A stretch of DNA of 64,000 bases from Bacilli bacterium (GCA_017409785.1 JAFQSD010000002.1:162597-226596); one strand, 5' to 3'; counted from the first letter of the stretch, positions 29,705 through 39,723 are shown. Translations and numbers: made by a program. Notes: generated by a model not told the origin, from the letters alone.

Positions 29705-30889
29705 CTATTCAAAAACAAATTTATCTTCTTTTTCATTTTTCTTTTTTGTATTTTTCTTAGTTTTCTTTTTACTAGGATCTTTTTCTTCTTTATAAATTTT
29801 CTTAATACAAATATTAGGTTTATTGTCATCAAAATTAAATGTGTGGAATGAATCTCCTCCACAATATTTCCAATGACTACAACTTAAACATTCTTTACAA
29901 GAAGTTCTTCTTTCGTGTCTAAACTCTTTAAATTTATTTTCCCATACTTCAACAAAACTATCATTATTAATATTTCCTTGAATTAATTCTGGTCTTCTTT
30001 CAACATTAGGGCATACAAAAATGTCCCCATTACTTAAAATACTTCCTACGTAAAGACCTGTCATACAGAAGAAATAATGACTACGTAATTCTTTCTCAGT
30101 ATTAAGACCTAAATAATGACTACAACCATAATCAACTACTATTTTTCCTTCATTTCTCTTTTCATAAATAAATTTAAATAAGTCTCTATATCCTTTTGGA
30201 TCAAGTAAAATTTCATCATTATTTTTAGCTCTACCAATCGGATCACAGTTAACAACTCTCCAATATTTAACTCCAAGTTCTTGAACAATTTTATATAATT
30301 CTTCTAACTCATGCATATTCTTTTTATTAGCAACTGTTGTTACTTGAACACATTGAATACTTGGTTCTTTAAGCATTAACTTAATACCTTTAATAATCTT
30401 TTCCCAAGCACCAGGTACTTTTCTAAAAGACTCATGGGTTTCTTTCAACCCATCAATACTAATAGATATTGTACTCATTTTAGACTTAACTAATTTTTTA
30501 ACTAACTTTTCATCTATTAAAATACCATTAGAAGTTATTCCCCAATGAAAACCTAAACTTACAGCATAATCCATAATTTCAAATAAATCTTTTCTTAAAA
30601 ATGGTTCTCCACCAGTAACATTTAATAAGATTTTTGAAGCATCATAATGATCAGCTACTTCTTTTAAAGTTTCCATTAATTTTTCTTTACTAATTTCATT
30701 TTTAGGTTTTTCATATCCACAACTACTACCACAGTGTTCACATCTAGCATTACATCTAGAAGTAACTTCTAAAAACAAATGACGTAACTGTGGCTTATCA
30801 TATAAACTTTTTCTATATTCAAACAATTCTTCCATGTTTTCTTTTCTAATTTCTTTTAATTCATCGCTTGCTTTTGATACTACTGCCAT
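29705..30889 (-). CDS. Radical SAM / SPASM-domain enzyme (peptide- or protein-modifying maturase type).
   Basis: CNARCEHC is a CxxxCxxC motif and TGGEPFL is a SAM-binding motif. The C-terminal Cys-rich SPASM region is present (CMTGLYVGSILSNGDIFVCPN…CKECLSCSHWKYCGGD). Confidence 0.85.
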   Translation of the reverse strand: MAVVSKASDELKEIRKENMEELFEYRKSLYDKPQLRHLFLEVTSRCNARCEHCGSSCGYEKPKNEISKEKLMETLKEVADHYDASKILLNVTGGEPFLRKDLFEIMDYAVSLGFHWGITSNGILIDEKLVKKLVKSKMSTISISIDGLKETHESFRKVPGAWEKIIKGIKLMLKEPSIQCVQVTTVANKKNMHELEELYKIVQELGVKYWRVVNCDPIGRAKNNDEILLDPKGYRDLFKFIYEKRNEGKIVVDYGCSHYLGLNTEKELRSHYFFCMTGLYVGSILSNGDIFVCPNVERRPELIQGNINNDSFVEVWENKFKEFRHERRTSCKECLSCSHWKYCGGDSFHTFNFDDNKPNICIKKIYKEEKDPSKKKTKKNTKKKNEKEDKFVFE

Positions 30890-30939
30890 ATTTTACACCT
30901 CTATAATCATTCTAACATAAAAAAGAGTAAAACTAAAAA

Positions 30940-33120
30940 TTATTTACTCTTTTCACTAACATCACTAAGAACTTCACCCTTTTTATCTAATTCATTCTTA
31001 AAGACTGGATTTCCAAAGAATTGAATCATACTAGATAAATCAGTTTTAACAACTCCACTTAAATTTCCATTCTCATCATAATATGTTAAAACTAATTTTA
31101 CTTCTCCTCCAGGTTCTCTTCCTTCAACAAATATTCTACCACTATGTGCAAAACAATTTCTTATTGTTGTTGCACACTCTAAATTTGTTAAACTTGTCAT
31201 TTGAACATTACCAAACGTTTCATCAACTCTTCCAGCTAAATAAGCATTTAAAACTTGATTATCATTAACAGCAGCTTGTCTAGCAACTAACATCTCTGCA
31301 ACTTGATTTCTCTTTTTAGCAACTTCACTTAAATCACTAGAAATAGATATACCATGATTAATCCCTGGTAAAGTTCTATCAATTCTTTTAATGACCTCAT
31401 TATTCTTTTTTCTAGCATTTCTTCTTTGACTACACTCAGAATATACATCTTTAGAATAACCAGTTATGTTTAATCCATCCATAAAACTATAATCAGTAGA
31501 AGTTAACTCATCAAACTTTGTTTCTTTATTAACAACATAAGTGTTAATACCAAGTGTATATAATAATCCAACTACTATTTCATTCATTTGATTATTAATT
31601 ACTCCCTTAGCATTACATAATCTATATAAATCTCCTTCGTTATAAACGCTTAAAACTTGATCACTTGGAAGTCCTTGACTTCTCATTTCATTAGAAACAT
31701 TTTCATAAATATCAGGAAATTCACTTTTTAATATTTCACCAATCTTAGTTCTTTCCTCATCATCTATATCATCAGTATTATCAAATAATTCTCTACATCT
31801 TACACAAATAGCATCCTCATAATACTTACTACATCTAATAATCTCATCAGTAATTTGTTTATCATATGTATGAACAATTCCTTCTTCACTCATTCCATCA
31901 TAAATAGAATTCATATATTCACTTTGTAATTGACTACTATCTTTAAACTTTCTTCTTAATACTTTATCCATAAAACTAGATAAACCATATTCATCTTTAA
32001 CAGCATCTTTATGCATATCATACATAGTAAATAAATATTGTAATGAGTTTAAATAATCAACTCTATCATAATTAACCATTCTACTCATTTGTAATGCTAT
32101 TTCAGTTCTTTGAAATACAGGATGTGTGTTAAAGAAAAATTTTCTCTTCTTTGCATAAGTAGGAAATAATTGTTTTTCTAATTCATTATTTTCCATACCT
32201 GAAACAACCATATTAAGTCTAGGTGATTTTCTATCGAAATCAGATATTCTAATATTATAATTTGGATACTTATTCTTAAACTCTTCAGTAAACCAATAAT
32301 TAAACAGTTTACTATAATATCTCTTATTATATTCTTCTTCACTAATACTTGTCTTTTCACTAGCAAGTTCTGCTTCAACTACACTCTTATGTTTTTCTAA
32401 TCTAGCAAGTTCTTCTTGACTTAAATCTTCTGGAGTATTTTGTAATTTCCAAAATAATGTTTCTCTATCTCCACAAAATAAAATAAATTCTTCTCTACCA
32501 ATTTTAGTAGTATCACCATGTTCTTCATCAAAGAAAACTTCAACATCATATGCTGGTAAATCTTTTTCTATAAAATCTCTAATATCATTAAATGTATTTA
32601 AATGCTTAGCACTTTCTGGTTTAATAAATGGATTTAAAACAATCGTATATTTGTAAGTATCAAAACTTCTATCTAACAATAAATCATCCATTATAAACTT
32701 CTTAAACCAATCAAATGTAACACTACAATCTAATTTATTAAGAGCTCCATTATTTAATACATTAATAACTCTATTCTCATAATCAACTGTAAATCCATTA
32801 TGAATAATACCATTTCTTAAAGCAGCTAAAAACCATTCAGGAGTATTGCCATCAACTTCTTTATCACGAATATTAATATCTTCAGTTAATAAGTTTCTAA
32901 GTTTAGCATCAGAAACATGTTTTTTAAACCTAGTAGCAATATTAAAATCTTTACTATCTCTTTCCACAAGTAACTCTTCTGCTAAAGCAAAATAAGCTAA
33001 ACTAATTGCTAACTCAAACTCATCAGATGGTCTAAAGAAATCAACAAACTTTTGATGTCTTAAACACATTAATCTATTAATAAGTTCATCTCTACTAACT
33101 TCATAATAATCTTTACTCAT
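30940..33120 (-). CDS. Large protein with two Abi_2/HEPN-type RNxxxH motifs (putative two-HEPN RNase). The start is trimmed to MSKDYY.
   Basis: The motifs are ALRNGIIHNGF (N-terminal) and TIRNCFAHSGRIF (C-terminal), both RX4H with Asn after Arg as in AbiD/AbiF. An aaggagag RBS lies 5 nt upstream of the ATG at 33120. This start also avoids overlap with the upstream gene. Confidence 0.5.
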   Translation of the reverse strand: MSKDYYEVSRDELINRLMCLRHQKFVDFFRPSDEFELAISLAYFALAEELLVERDSKDFNIATRFKKHVSDAKLRNLLTEDINIRDKEVDGNTPEWFLAALRNGIIHNGFTVDYENRVINVLNNGALNKLDCSVTFDWFKKFIMDDLLLDRSFDTYKYTIVLNPFIKPESAKHLNTFNDIRDFIEKDLPAYDVEVFFDEEHGDTTKIGREEFILFCGDRETLFWKLQNTPEDLSQEELARLEKHKSVVEAELASEKTSISEEEYNKRYYSKLFNYWFTEEFKNKYPNYNIRISDFDRKSPRLNMVVSGMENNELEKQLFPTYAKKRKFFFNTHPVFQRTEIALQMSRMVNYDRVDYLNSLQYLFTMYDMHKDAVKDEYGLSSFMDKVLRRKFKDSSQLQSEYMNSIYDGMSEEGIVHTYDKQITDEIIRCSKYYEDAICVRCRELFDNTDDIDDEERTKIGEILKSEFPDIYENVSNEMRSQGLPSDQVLSVYNEGDLYRLCNAKGVINNQMNEIVVGLLYTLGINTYVVNKETKFDELTSTDYSFMDGLNITGYSKDVYSECSQRRNARKKNNEVIKRIDRTLPGINHGISISSDLSEVAKKRNQVAEMLVARQAAVNDNQVLNAYLAGRVDETFGNVQMTSLTNLECATTIRNCFAHSGRIFVEGREPGGEVKLVLTYYDENGNLSGVVKTDLSSMIQFFGNPVFKNELDKKGEVLSDVSEKSK

Positions 33121-33136
33121 ACTACTCTCCTTATAG

Positions 33137-34510
33137 TTAAGCTTTACTTGAATTTCTTTGTTTTTCAACTTCTCTTTGATAATATTTACTCATAGCATTA
33201 TATAAATCATCATCATTTATAACTTTACGGAAATTAAAGTCAAACTCATCAGCAACTTTCTTACTACCACAGTCATACAAATGCCAATCATTATCACTAT
33301 CAACAAACCATCTTCCATGTACAAATGAATTTCTTAATTTTTCACGAGGATATTGTTTTCCACCTATCTCAATAAATTCATCTTGTATAACACTATCTAA
33401 CATGTACCCATAAAAAACACTTTTATTTAAAATCTCTAAAAAAGAATCATCTAAAAGAGAAAGTCTAAACATATTTTCTTCTTCTGGTTCCTGATAACAA
33501 AAACGACTATAATAATTTCTTTCAAGACAATCAGGATTATCTCTAAAATTTAAAAAACTATTAAATAAATTATCACTAACACTTCTTGATGTATCACAAC
33601 AATTAATAAAAAGAATTGATGATAAATAGCCCTTATATTTTTCTCTAGAAATAGGAAGAGTTTTCAAAGCTTCATATTCAAACACATCAACAACACCAAA
33701 TAATCCATTACTTTTTTTCATCCAACTTCTTACATTATCTATTAATGTTCTTTTTTGCATTATACCAAGTTTTTTCTTTTTATTTTCTACAAATCTATTT
33801 CCAATAATACTTTTTATAGCATCTATATCATTTACTCCAGTAATACGTCTTTTCTCCATATCACTTAACTGTCTATATATTTCACTATGATAATAAGTAT
33901 TATCAACTAACATTTGTAGTTTTTGTTCATCACTTAATCCTACTGCATCTCTAGGAGATACTCCAATTTCAATACCACCAACATGCATATAATTAGCTGT
34001 AGCATATTGTGCTTGAATATGACCAATTTGTTCTAAACTAAGTTTAACTTCAAAAGGTACAACTTCCCCTTTCTTATCTCCCGCAGTTGCTTTTGTTTGA
34101 TTCAATTTAATATGTAACTTAACACCATCATCATCTTTATCAAACCAATATAAAGGATTATCCTTATCATTATGACATAAAGCATTTCTAATTAATAAAA
34201 TAGTAGATTTCTTCGTATAACTATTTTTAGTTTCCTCCGTACAAAAAATACTATCATCAAAATCAATTATATTTTTATCTAACATAGCAAAGAAAACATT
34301 ATCATTACAAGTAGCAATTATTTTAATTACATTTACAAACTGTCTATATATAAACATATCTTGAAAATCATCAAAAGTTATATCTGTTTTCCCATTACCT
34401 AATAAATTAACAAATGCCTCATTTAAAGAAATATTTTCTTTAAATGATAAACTAAACATATCAGCATAAGTTTTCAAATAGCATGCAATATCCGTTTTAG
34501 TTACTGGCAT
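33137..34510 (-). CDS. Protein with two Abi_2/HEPN-type RNxxxH motifs, partly homologous to the 742-aa neighbour.
   Basis: The motifs are LIRNALCHNDKD and KLRNSFVHGRWFVD. The C-terminal motif region aligns to the N-terminal HEPN region of the 742-aa protein (LRNxxxHxxFxVD…FDxFxKxIxDD). Confidence 0.45.
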   Translation of the reverse strand: MPVTKTDIACYLKTYADMFSLSFKENISLNEAFVNLLGNGKTDITFDDFQDMFIYRQFVNVIKIIATCNDNVFFAMLDKNIIDFDDSIFCTEETKNSYTKKSTILLIRNALCHNDKDNPLYWFDKDDDGVKLHIKLNQTKATAGDKKGEVVPFEVKLSLEQIGHIQAQYATANYMHVGGIEIGVSPRDAVGLSDEQKLQMLVDNTYYHSEIYRQLSDMEKRRITGVNDIDAIKSIIGNRFVENKKKKLGIMQKRTLIDNVRSWMKKSNGLFGVVDVFEYEALKTLPISREKYKGYLSSILFINCCDTSRSVSDNLFNSFLNFRDNPDCLERNYYSRFCYQEPEEENMFRLSLLDDSFLEILNKSVFYGYMLDSVIQDEFIEIGGKQYPREKLRNSFVHGRWFVDSDNDWHLYDCGSKKVADEFDFNFRKVINDDDLYNAMSKYYQREVEKQRNSSKA

Positions 34511-34571
34511 TTATAATCACCTCTACTATAAATAATATCATATAAAAAAATAAAAAGCATCATTGATGCTT

Positions 34572-35606
34572 TTATTTTACATTATCCAAAAAATTAGTCA
34601 TTGTCTTAGTTAACTTATTATTCTCATCATCTTCAACAATAACCCATTTAGAATTATTCTCCTCATCAAGTATATTTACCCACTTAATTTGTCCATCATC
34701 ATTAATAATTCCAAATACATCTTCAATCATACCTATAGAGAATACATAATTAATATTCATTAATTTATCAAACATATCTGCATAATTTCTCTTAGGCATA
34801 ATCTTATAAAAACTATTAAACTTCTTTTCTCTAATAGCCATTATTACAGCATATAAATGTTTACAAAATCCTTCATATGGGCAAGAACAATATACTTGCA
34901 TATCTTTACTAACTTCATCATATTTAATAATTACTACATAAAGTTCATTTCCATTTACAACAGCAAAGTATCTATCATCTACTTTTTCTAAAAATAATAC
35001 TCTACCTTCATCAAAATATCTAGTACCTCTAATAACAACAGGTATTTCAAATAATTTATCTAAATCATCTTTAAATAAATCAAATATAAAATTATTTTCA
35101 TACCTAAAGTTTCTAGAAGCATCACTATAAATATAACTAATTTCCTCAAAGAAAGGATTTAACTTCTTAGGTAAAATATCAAAAATAATTCCCATTATTG
35201 TACATAAAGCTTCATGATTTTCTGGAATATATTTATAAAATTTAATTTTAACTTCATCACTATTTTTACATTTAGCATCAATATAAATACCAACGTTATT
35301 TTCTTTACCCCAATAGTTCTTCTTTTGATCAATAGTTAAATTACTACATAATCTTTCTATTTCTAAAACAACATCTTCTTCTATATATTCATTACTCTCA
35401 TATACAGAAATCTTACTTGTTTTAACAAAATCCAAATCAAACCATCTAAGTTTATAACATTTCATCTTTTCAATATAATCAATTCTAATATAAATATGAA
35501 AACTATTATAATTATTTAAGTAGGCAGCAAAAAACAAAGTATCATCACTATAATACTTTTCAATGTAATTTAATTTCCCCTTATAATCCTTTTCATTAAA
35601 AGTCAT
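34572..35606 (-). CDS. SWIM zinc-finger domain protein.
   Basis: CSCPYEGFCKH is a CxCx5CxH SWIM motif near residue 235. No other domain is recognised. It is the first gene of the block. Confidence 0.5.
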   Translation of the reverse strand: MTFNEKDYKGKLNYIEKYYSDDTLFFAAYLNNYNSFHIYIRIDYIEKMKCYKLRWFDLDFVKTSKISVYESNEYIEEDVVLEIERLCSNLTIDQKKNYWGKENNVGIYIDAKCKNSDEVKIKFYKYIPENHEALCTIMGIIFDILPKKLNPFFEEISYIYSDASRNFRYENNFIFDLFKDDLDKLFEIPVVIRGTRYFDEGRVLFLEKVDDRYFAVVNGNELYVVIIKYDEVSKDMQVYCSCPYEGFCKHLYAVIMAIREKKFNSFYKIMPKRNYADMFDKLMNINYVFSIGMIEDVFGIINDDGQIKWVNILDEENNSKWVIVEDDENNKLTKTMTNFLDNVK

Positions 35607-35751
35607 TATTTCACCTACTTAGATTACTCTATTCTTCTACATTATACCACAAATTTTTATAAGTGAATAAAAATTATAAAATAATTATTAAACCTAATTG
35701 ACTTTTTCAATTACTAAAAGTATATTAAATATTACCAATATGGAGGATATT

Positions 35752-36915
35752 ATGAAAAATATAAGAAAAATAGTATTTTTATTTCTATTAATAGGAATAT
35801 TTAATATTAAAAATGTTTCAGCAGAAACAACATTAAATTGTAGTAAAACATTAAGATATGGTTCTAAAGGAGAACAAGTAAAACTATTACAAAAAGAACT
35901 TAATAAAGTTGCAAACTGTAATTTAACAGTTGATGGTTCATTTGGACCAGCAACTAAATCTTGTGTATTATCTTTTCAAAGAAATAATCAACTTTCTATT
36001 GATGCTATTGTAGGACCAAAAACATGTAAGAAATTAAATGAGTTATATTTAGATAATGATGATGATGAAATACCATCTACTCTTACTTTAACAGCAACAT
36101 CTACTCTAAGAAGAGGAAACAATAATAATCACGTAAAAACATTACAAACTATGTTAAACAATTTAACTCATTGTAATCTAGATGTTGATGGTGACTTTGG
36201 TTATAAAACTGAATGGTGTGTAAAAAAATACCAAGAAGAAAATAATCTTGATGTTGATGGTAAAGTTGGACCAATGACTAGAAACAGTTTAAATAAAAAT
36301 ATCAAAGTAACTGATAACTCAAAATATGTAATTGTTGCAAAAACATCTAATAAAAAGTTAAATGTAAGACAAGATGCCACTACATCATCTAAAGATATTG
36401 GTGATGTTTATACAAGTGACATTTATAAAGTTTTAGGAACTAAAACTACTAATGGAACACCATGGTATAAAGTTGAATATCAAACTAATAAATATGGTTA
36501 TATTAGTGGAGACTATGCTACTCAAGACTTTATTTATTTAGATATTTCTGATCAAACAATAAAATTATATAGAAATGGAAAAAATACTCTAACAGTTCCA
36601 ACTGTAACAGGAAATAAATCAAAAGGACATGATACTCCACTAGGTGTTTACTCCATTGGAACTAAACTAAGTATCGATAATATGGGTGGTAGAATTCATC
36701 TATCAAAATATAATGCTTATGTAGATTATTGGATGCCATTCATTGGTGGAAGTTATGGATTCCATGATGCTGATTGGAGAACATCATATCAACTAACAAA
36801 TAAGAAAACATATCTAACAAATGGATCTCATGGATGTGTAAATATGTTTACTGCTGATGCTAAAGCATTATATGACAATATCCATAAAGACTTAGCTGTA
36901 CATATAGTTGCATAA
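35752..36915 (+). CDS. Secreted L,D-transpeptidase with two peptidoglycan-binding (PG_binding_1) domains and an SH3-like domain.
   Basis: The start is trimmed to the Met after the GGAGGA RBS. It has a signal peptide and two PG_binding_1 repeats (LRYGSKGEQVKLLQKELN…DGSFGPATK and LRRGNNNNHVKTLQTMLN…DGDFGYKTE). The YkuD catalytic motif is GSHGCVNM. Confidence 0.8.
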   Translation: MKNIRKIVFLFLLIGIFNIKNVSAETTLNCSKTLRYGSKGEQVKLLQKELNKVANCNLTVDGSFGPATKSCVLSFQRNNQLSIDAIVGPKTCKKLNELYLDNDDDEIPSTLTLTATSTLRRGNNNNHVKTLQTMLNNLTHCNLDVDGDFGYKTEWCVKKYQEENNLDVDGKVGPMTRNSLNKNIKVTDNSKYVIVAKTSNKKLNVRQDATTSSKDIGDVYTSDIYKVLGTKTTNGTPWYKVEYQTNKYGYISGDYATQDFIYLDISDQTIKLYRNGKNTLTVPTVTGNKSKGHDTPLGVYSIGTKLSIDNMGGRIHLSKYNAYVDYWMPFIGGSYGFHDADWRTSYQLTNKKTYLTNGSHGCVNMFTADAKALYDNIHKDLAVHIVA

Positions 36916-36919
36916 AATT

Positions 36920-36960
36920 AGACATTAATAACTAAAATTATTAATGTCTTTTTCTTTTCT
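36920..36960 (+). terminator. Rho-independent terminator.
   Basis: Hairpin agacattaataactaaaattattaatgtct plus a T-run. Confidence 0.6.
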
Positions 36961-37000
36961 AAAATAATTTATGTTATACTTTAGATAATGAGGTGACGTT

Positions 37001-38329
37001 ATGATAATAAAACATGAAGAATTATATGAAACATTAAAAGAATATTGTCCAGGAAAATATTCAGTTGGACTACATGGAATAAATCTTAGTCGTGTTAGAG
37101 ACTTCTATGGTCTAGATATAACAAATAGAGATGAAGTTTCCGAAGCAATTGCTTCAAAAATTGTCCGTGAAGGTCTACGTGTAGAATCTGGTAGAACAAT
37201 AAATGGAACTGTTGCTTTCTATGGACGTTTAGATGATAGAAATAGTTTAAAAAGAACATTTGATGGATTAACATACTATTATTATTCTGGTGCAGATGAC
37301 TATATCATAGTAGCAACTCCAGTAGAATTAGTAAGTGAAAATGGAGATACACTATATGCCGGCGCAACAAATCTAGATAGTAAATATAAAAGTTTCTTTG
37401 ATACAACAGGTTGTCAAACTAGTACCATATTAGATCAAGTAATTCTAGCTAACGGTCAAAAAATCGATCCGAAATACATTCTTGGTAGATTTAAAACATT
37501 AGAAGATGGAAATATTGAACTACAACTTAATCCACAACATATAAGTAAAACTGGTGGAAAAGTATCACAAAAAGAATTTAATGACTATGTTCATAGGCTA
37601 CATTGCGATCTCTTCTTTGATTATCCTGGTTTAATTCAAACAATTCTAAAAAAAGACTATCAAGGATTAAAAGAATTTGTTCAAGATACATATTGTGATT
37701 CAAAAATAAGTGCTTATCTTTTAGAAACAATTGGACAATTAATTGAAGAAGATTATATCGAAGATCTTCGACCAGAAGACATAGAAACTCTAAAAGAATT
37801 AAAAGAACTATATAAGCAAAGACAAGAACAGAAAAAAAGAGATGATGAAGCAAAAAAACAAAAACTAGCTGCGATGGCTAACCCATCTTTCGAAGATATT
37901 CAAGAATTCGCTTTAACTCATCATCCCGCATACTTTCAAGAGTATCCATATACAGTTAGAAACAATGTTGAATTAATGCGTAGATTAACTAAAACGCCTA
38001 ATCTAAACTCCTTTATAGTTTATTATTTAGGTGAAGACGTAAAAAATGATTCAGAAACAATGATTAACTTGGTTAATAATTGTAGCACTAATAACTTTAG
38101 TGATTATTTCAGAGATGAATGGCAATATAAACCACCAAAACCAAATCAAAGTGACTTAGGATATGAAGTCATTGGATTAGATGTAAGAAGTAATCCATTA
38201 TTCTGGGAAAGTCTAAATGCAAGAGTACTAGAAATAAATAAAGAAGAAGGAACAAATTATCCATACTTCGATACAGAAAAAGAAATACGTCTAGCAACAG
38301 AAGAAAAATCTAGGAAAACACAAAAATAG
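37001..38329 (+). CDS. Hypothetical protein (442 aa).
   Basis: It has a GGTGA RBS and no recognisable motif. It is convergent with the HEPN paralog. Confidence 0.45.
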   Translation: MIIKHEELYETLKEYCPGKYSVGLHGINLSRVRDFYGLDITNRDEVSEAIASKIVREGLRVESGRTINGTVAFYGRLDDRNSLKRTFDGLTYYYYSGADDYIIVATPVELVSENGDTLYAGATNLDSKYKSFFDTTGCQTSTILDQVILANGQKIDPKYILGRFKTLEDGNIELQLNPQHISKTGGKVSQKEFNDYVHRLHCDLFFDYPGLIQTILKKDYQGLKEFVQDTYCDSKISAYLLETIGQLIEEDYIEDLRPEDIETLKELKELYKQRQEQKKRDDEAKKQKLAAMANPSFEDIQEFALTHHPAYFQEYPYTVRNNVELMRRLTKTPNLNSFIVYYLGEDVKNDSETMINLVNNCSTNNFSDYFRDEWQYKPPKPNQSDLGYEVIGLDVRSNPLFWESLNARVLEINKEEGTNYPYFDTEKEIRLATEEKSRKTQK

Positions 38330-38358
38330 AAATGAATTACTCATTTCTATTTTTTTAT
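38324..38358. terminator. Bidirectional terminator between convergent genes.
   Basis: Hairpin atagaaatgaattactcatttctat plus a T-run. Confidence 0.55.
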
Positions 38359-39723
38359 AGTTTCGCTTTTATTTACAGGTTTAACTTCTTCAGAAAACAT
38401 TTCATTTAATTCGCTATTATCTATTACTCTAAGAGAATCACTATTATTAACTGGTGAAGCTATGTTTTTTTCAAAAAATGGATGTGTAAAAAAGTCTATA
38501 AATGTATCTAAAGAAGCATTTAAACTTCCAGTTGGATTTCCAGATTTATCATAATCAGTCATTGTAACTTGATAATCAGTTCCATTCCAATTTACTTTTA
38601 TTCTTCCAAAATGCGATGAACAATTTCTTATAGTTCCAGGACAAGAAGTCTGACTCTTCACAAATCCCATTCTTCCAGGAATAGCATTACCATTACCCAT
38701 AAATTGACGAAGATTATTTCTTTCTCCACTCAAATCATCATTTGAAGTTGGAGAAAGTTTAGATTGAAAATACCCTTCATAATTAAGAACAAACATATTA
38801 ATACTTGCAACTGATAAAAGCGCAGCTAAAACATTTTCTTTATCTAGTTCAAGTTCCTCTTTCGTCTCAAATGCTCTTCTAATTTGTTCTTTAAGAGTTT
38901 TATCATCAACAACTTCATCTATAGTTTCAAATATTTCTTTCTTTTCTTTTTCATCTACTCCAGGTTTTAATAAATCCTTAACCAAACCAACACAATGTTC
39001 TTTTTTACAGTTAGATATTAAAAGTAAATTACTTGTATAAATTCTATATATCTTTCCTATAGCATCTAAAACACCATCTCCAGAAACATATACAGAAGTA
39101 TCTCCTCCCTCATAATTAAAACGTTCAGGAATACATAATGCATCAGCATAACTAACAAACCATTCAGCAGGAAGTTCATAATCACCAGCATTAGTATTTA
39201 CTTTAATAAGATCATTAGACATATCCATATCACTTCTACCATGATCCATATGATTTCTGGTAATCTTTTCATTCTTAATACCAAGAGAACTTGCCATATT
39301 AGTCATTTGTCTAATATTTGGACTCATTGCCTCTGAAATCATTCCTTGATTATCTACACCAGGAACAGAAATATTACGTCTTAAATCATTAAATCTCTGC
39401 ATATAATATTCAGACGATTCCCTCTTTAAAACCTCAAAATCATAACCACTTAAATCCGCTTCTGATAATACAGCATTACTTACTTTAACATCCAAATTCT
39501 CATCAAAAAAACATGCTAATCTATTCTTTATATCTTCGTTAGAAGAATTCCATATAGCATCATATGATAAAGTAAAATAAGCAATACAAAGAGATAACCA
39601 AAAATCACTCGAATAATCAAAAAACTCCGAATAATCTCCATCTTTTATTTTCTTTAATCTTTTGTCTAACACTTCTCTTTTACATGCATGCCAATGAGAT
39701 TTTTTATCATAAACATCTGCCAT
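38347..39723 (-). CDS. Diverged paralog of the 742-aa HEPN protein, with a C-terminal RNxxxH motif retained. The start is trimmed to MADVYD.
   Basis: The C-terminus …TIRNCSSHFGRIKVNW…TDYDKSGN…FIDFF aligns with …TIRNCFAHSGRIFVEG…TYYDENGN…MIQFF of the 742-aa protein. The N-terminus (FWLSLCIAYFTLSYD) aligns with FELAISLAYFALAEE. The N-terminal HEPN position reads RRNISVPG and has lost its His. A ggaggga RBS precedes the ATG at 39723. Confidence 0.45.
   Translation of the reverse strand: MADVYDKKSHWHACKREVLDKRLKKIKDGDYSEFFDYSSDFWLSLCIAYFTLSYDAIWNSSNEDIKNRLACFFDENLDVKVSNAVLSEADLSGYDFEVLKRESSEYYMQRFNDLRRNISVPGVDNQGMISEAMSPNIRQMTNMASSLGIKNEKITRNHMDHGRSDMDMSNDLIKVNTNAGDYELPAEWFVSYADALCIPERFNYEGGDTSVYVSGDGVLDAIGKIYRIYTSNLLLISNCKKEHCVGLVKDLLKPGVDEKEKKEIFETIDEVVDDKTLKEQIRRAFETKEELELDKENVLAALLSVASINMFVLNYEGYFQSKLSPTSNDDLSGERNNLRQFMGNGNAIPGRMGFVKSQTSCPGTIRNCSSHFGRIKVNWNGTDYQVTMTDYDKSGNPTGSLNASLDTFIDFFTHPFFEKNIASPVNNSDSLRVIDNSELNEMFSEEVKPVNKSETIKK

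Noticed and set aside
29674-29862. 62-aa K-rich ORF overlapping the rSAM 3' end.
   Set aside because: It is an alternative frame of the rSAM coding region. The real small gene is the in-line 66-aa ORF with an SD sequence (29496-29696).
31083-32378. Small ORFs 31083-31268 (+) and 32178-32378 (-) inside the 742-aa gene.
   Set aside because: They are embedded or antisense and have no independent translation signals.
30940-35606. Possibility that the two-HEPN proteins are Cas13-like CRISPR effectors.
   Set aside because: I found no CRISPR repeat-spacer array and no cas1/cas2 anywhere in the window. The proteins are shorter than Cas13. Their HEPN motifs resemble Abi_2 (AbiD/F) more closely. I therefore treat them as Abi-type RNases, not Cas.
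37578-37853. 91-aa minus-strand ORF antisense to the 442-aa gene.
   Set aside because: An antisense artefact.
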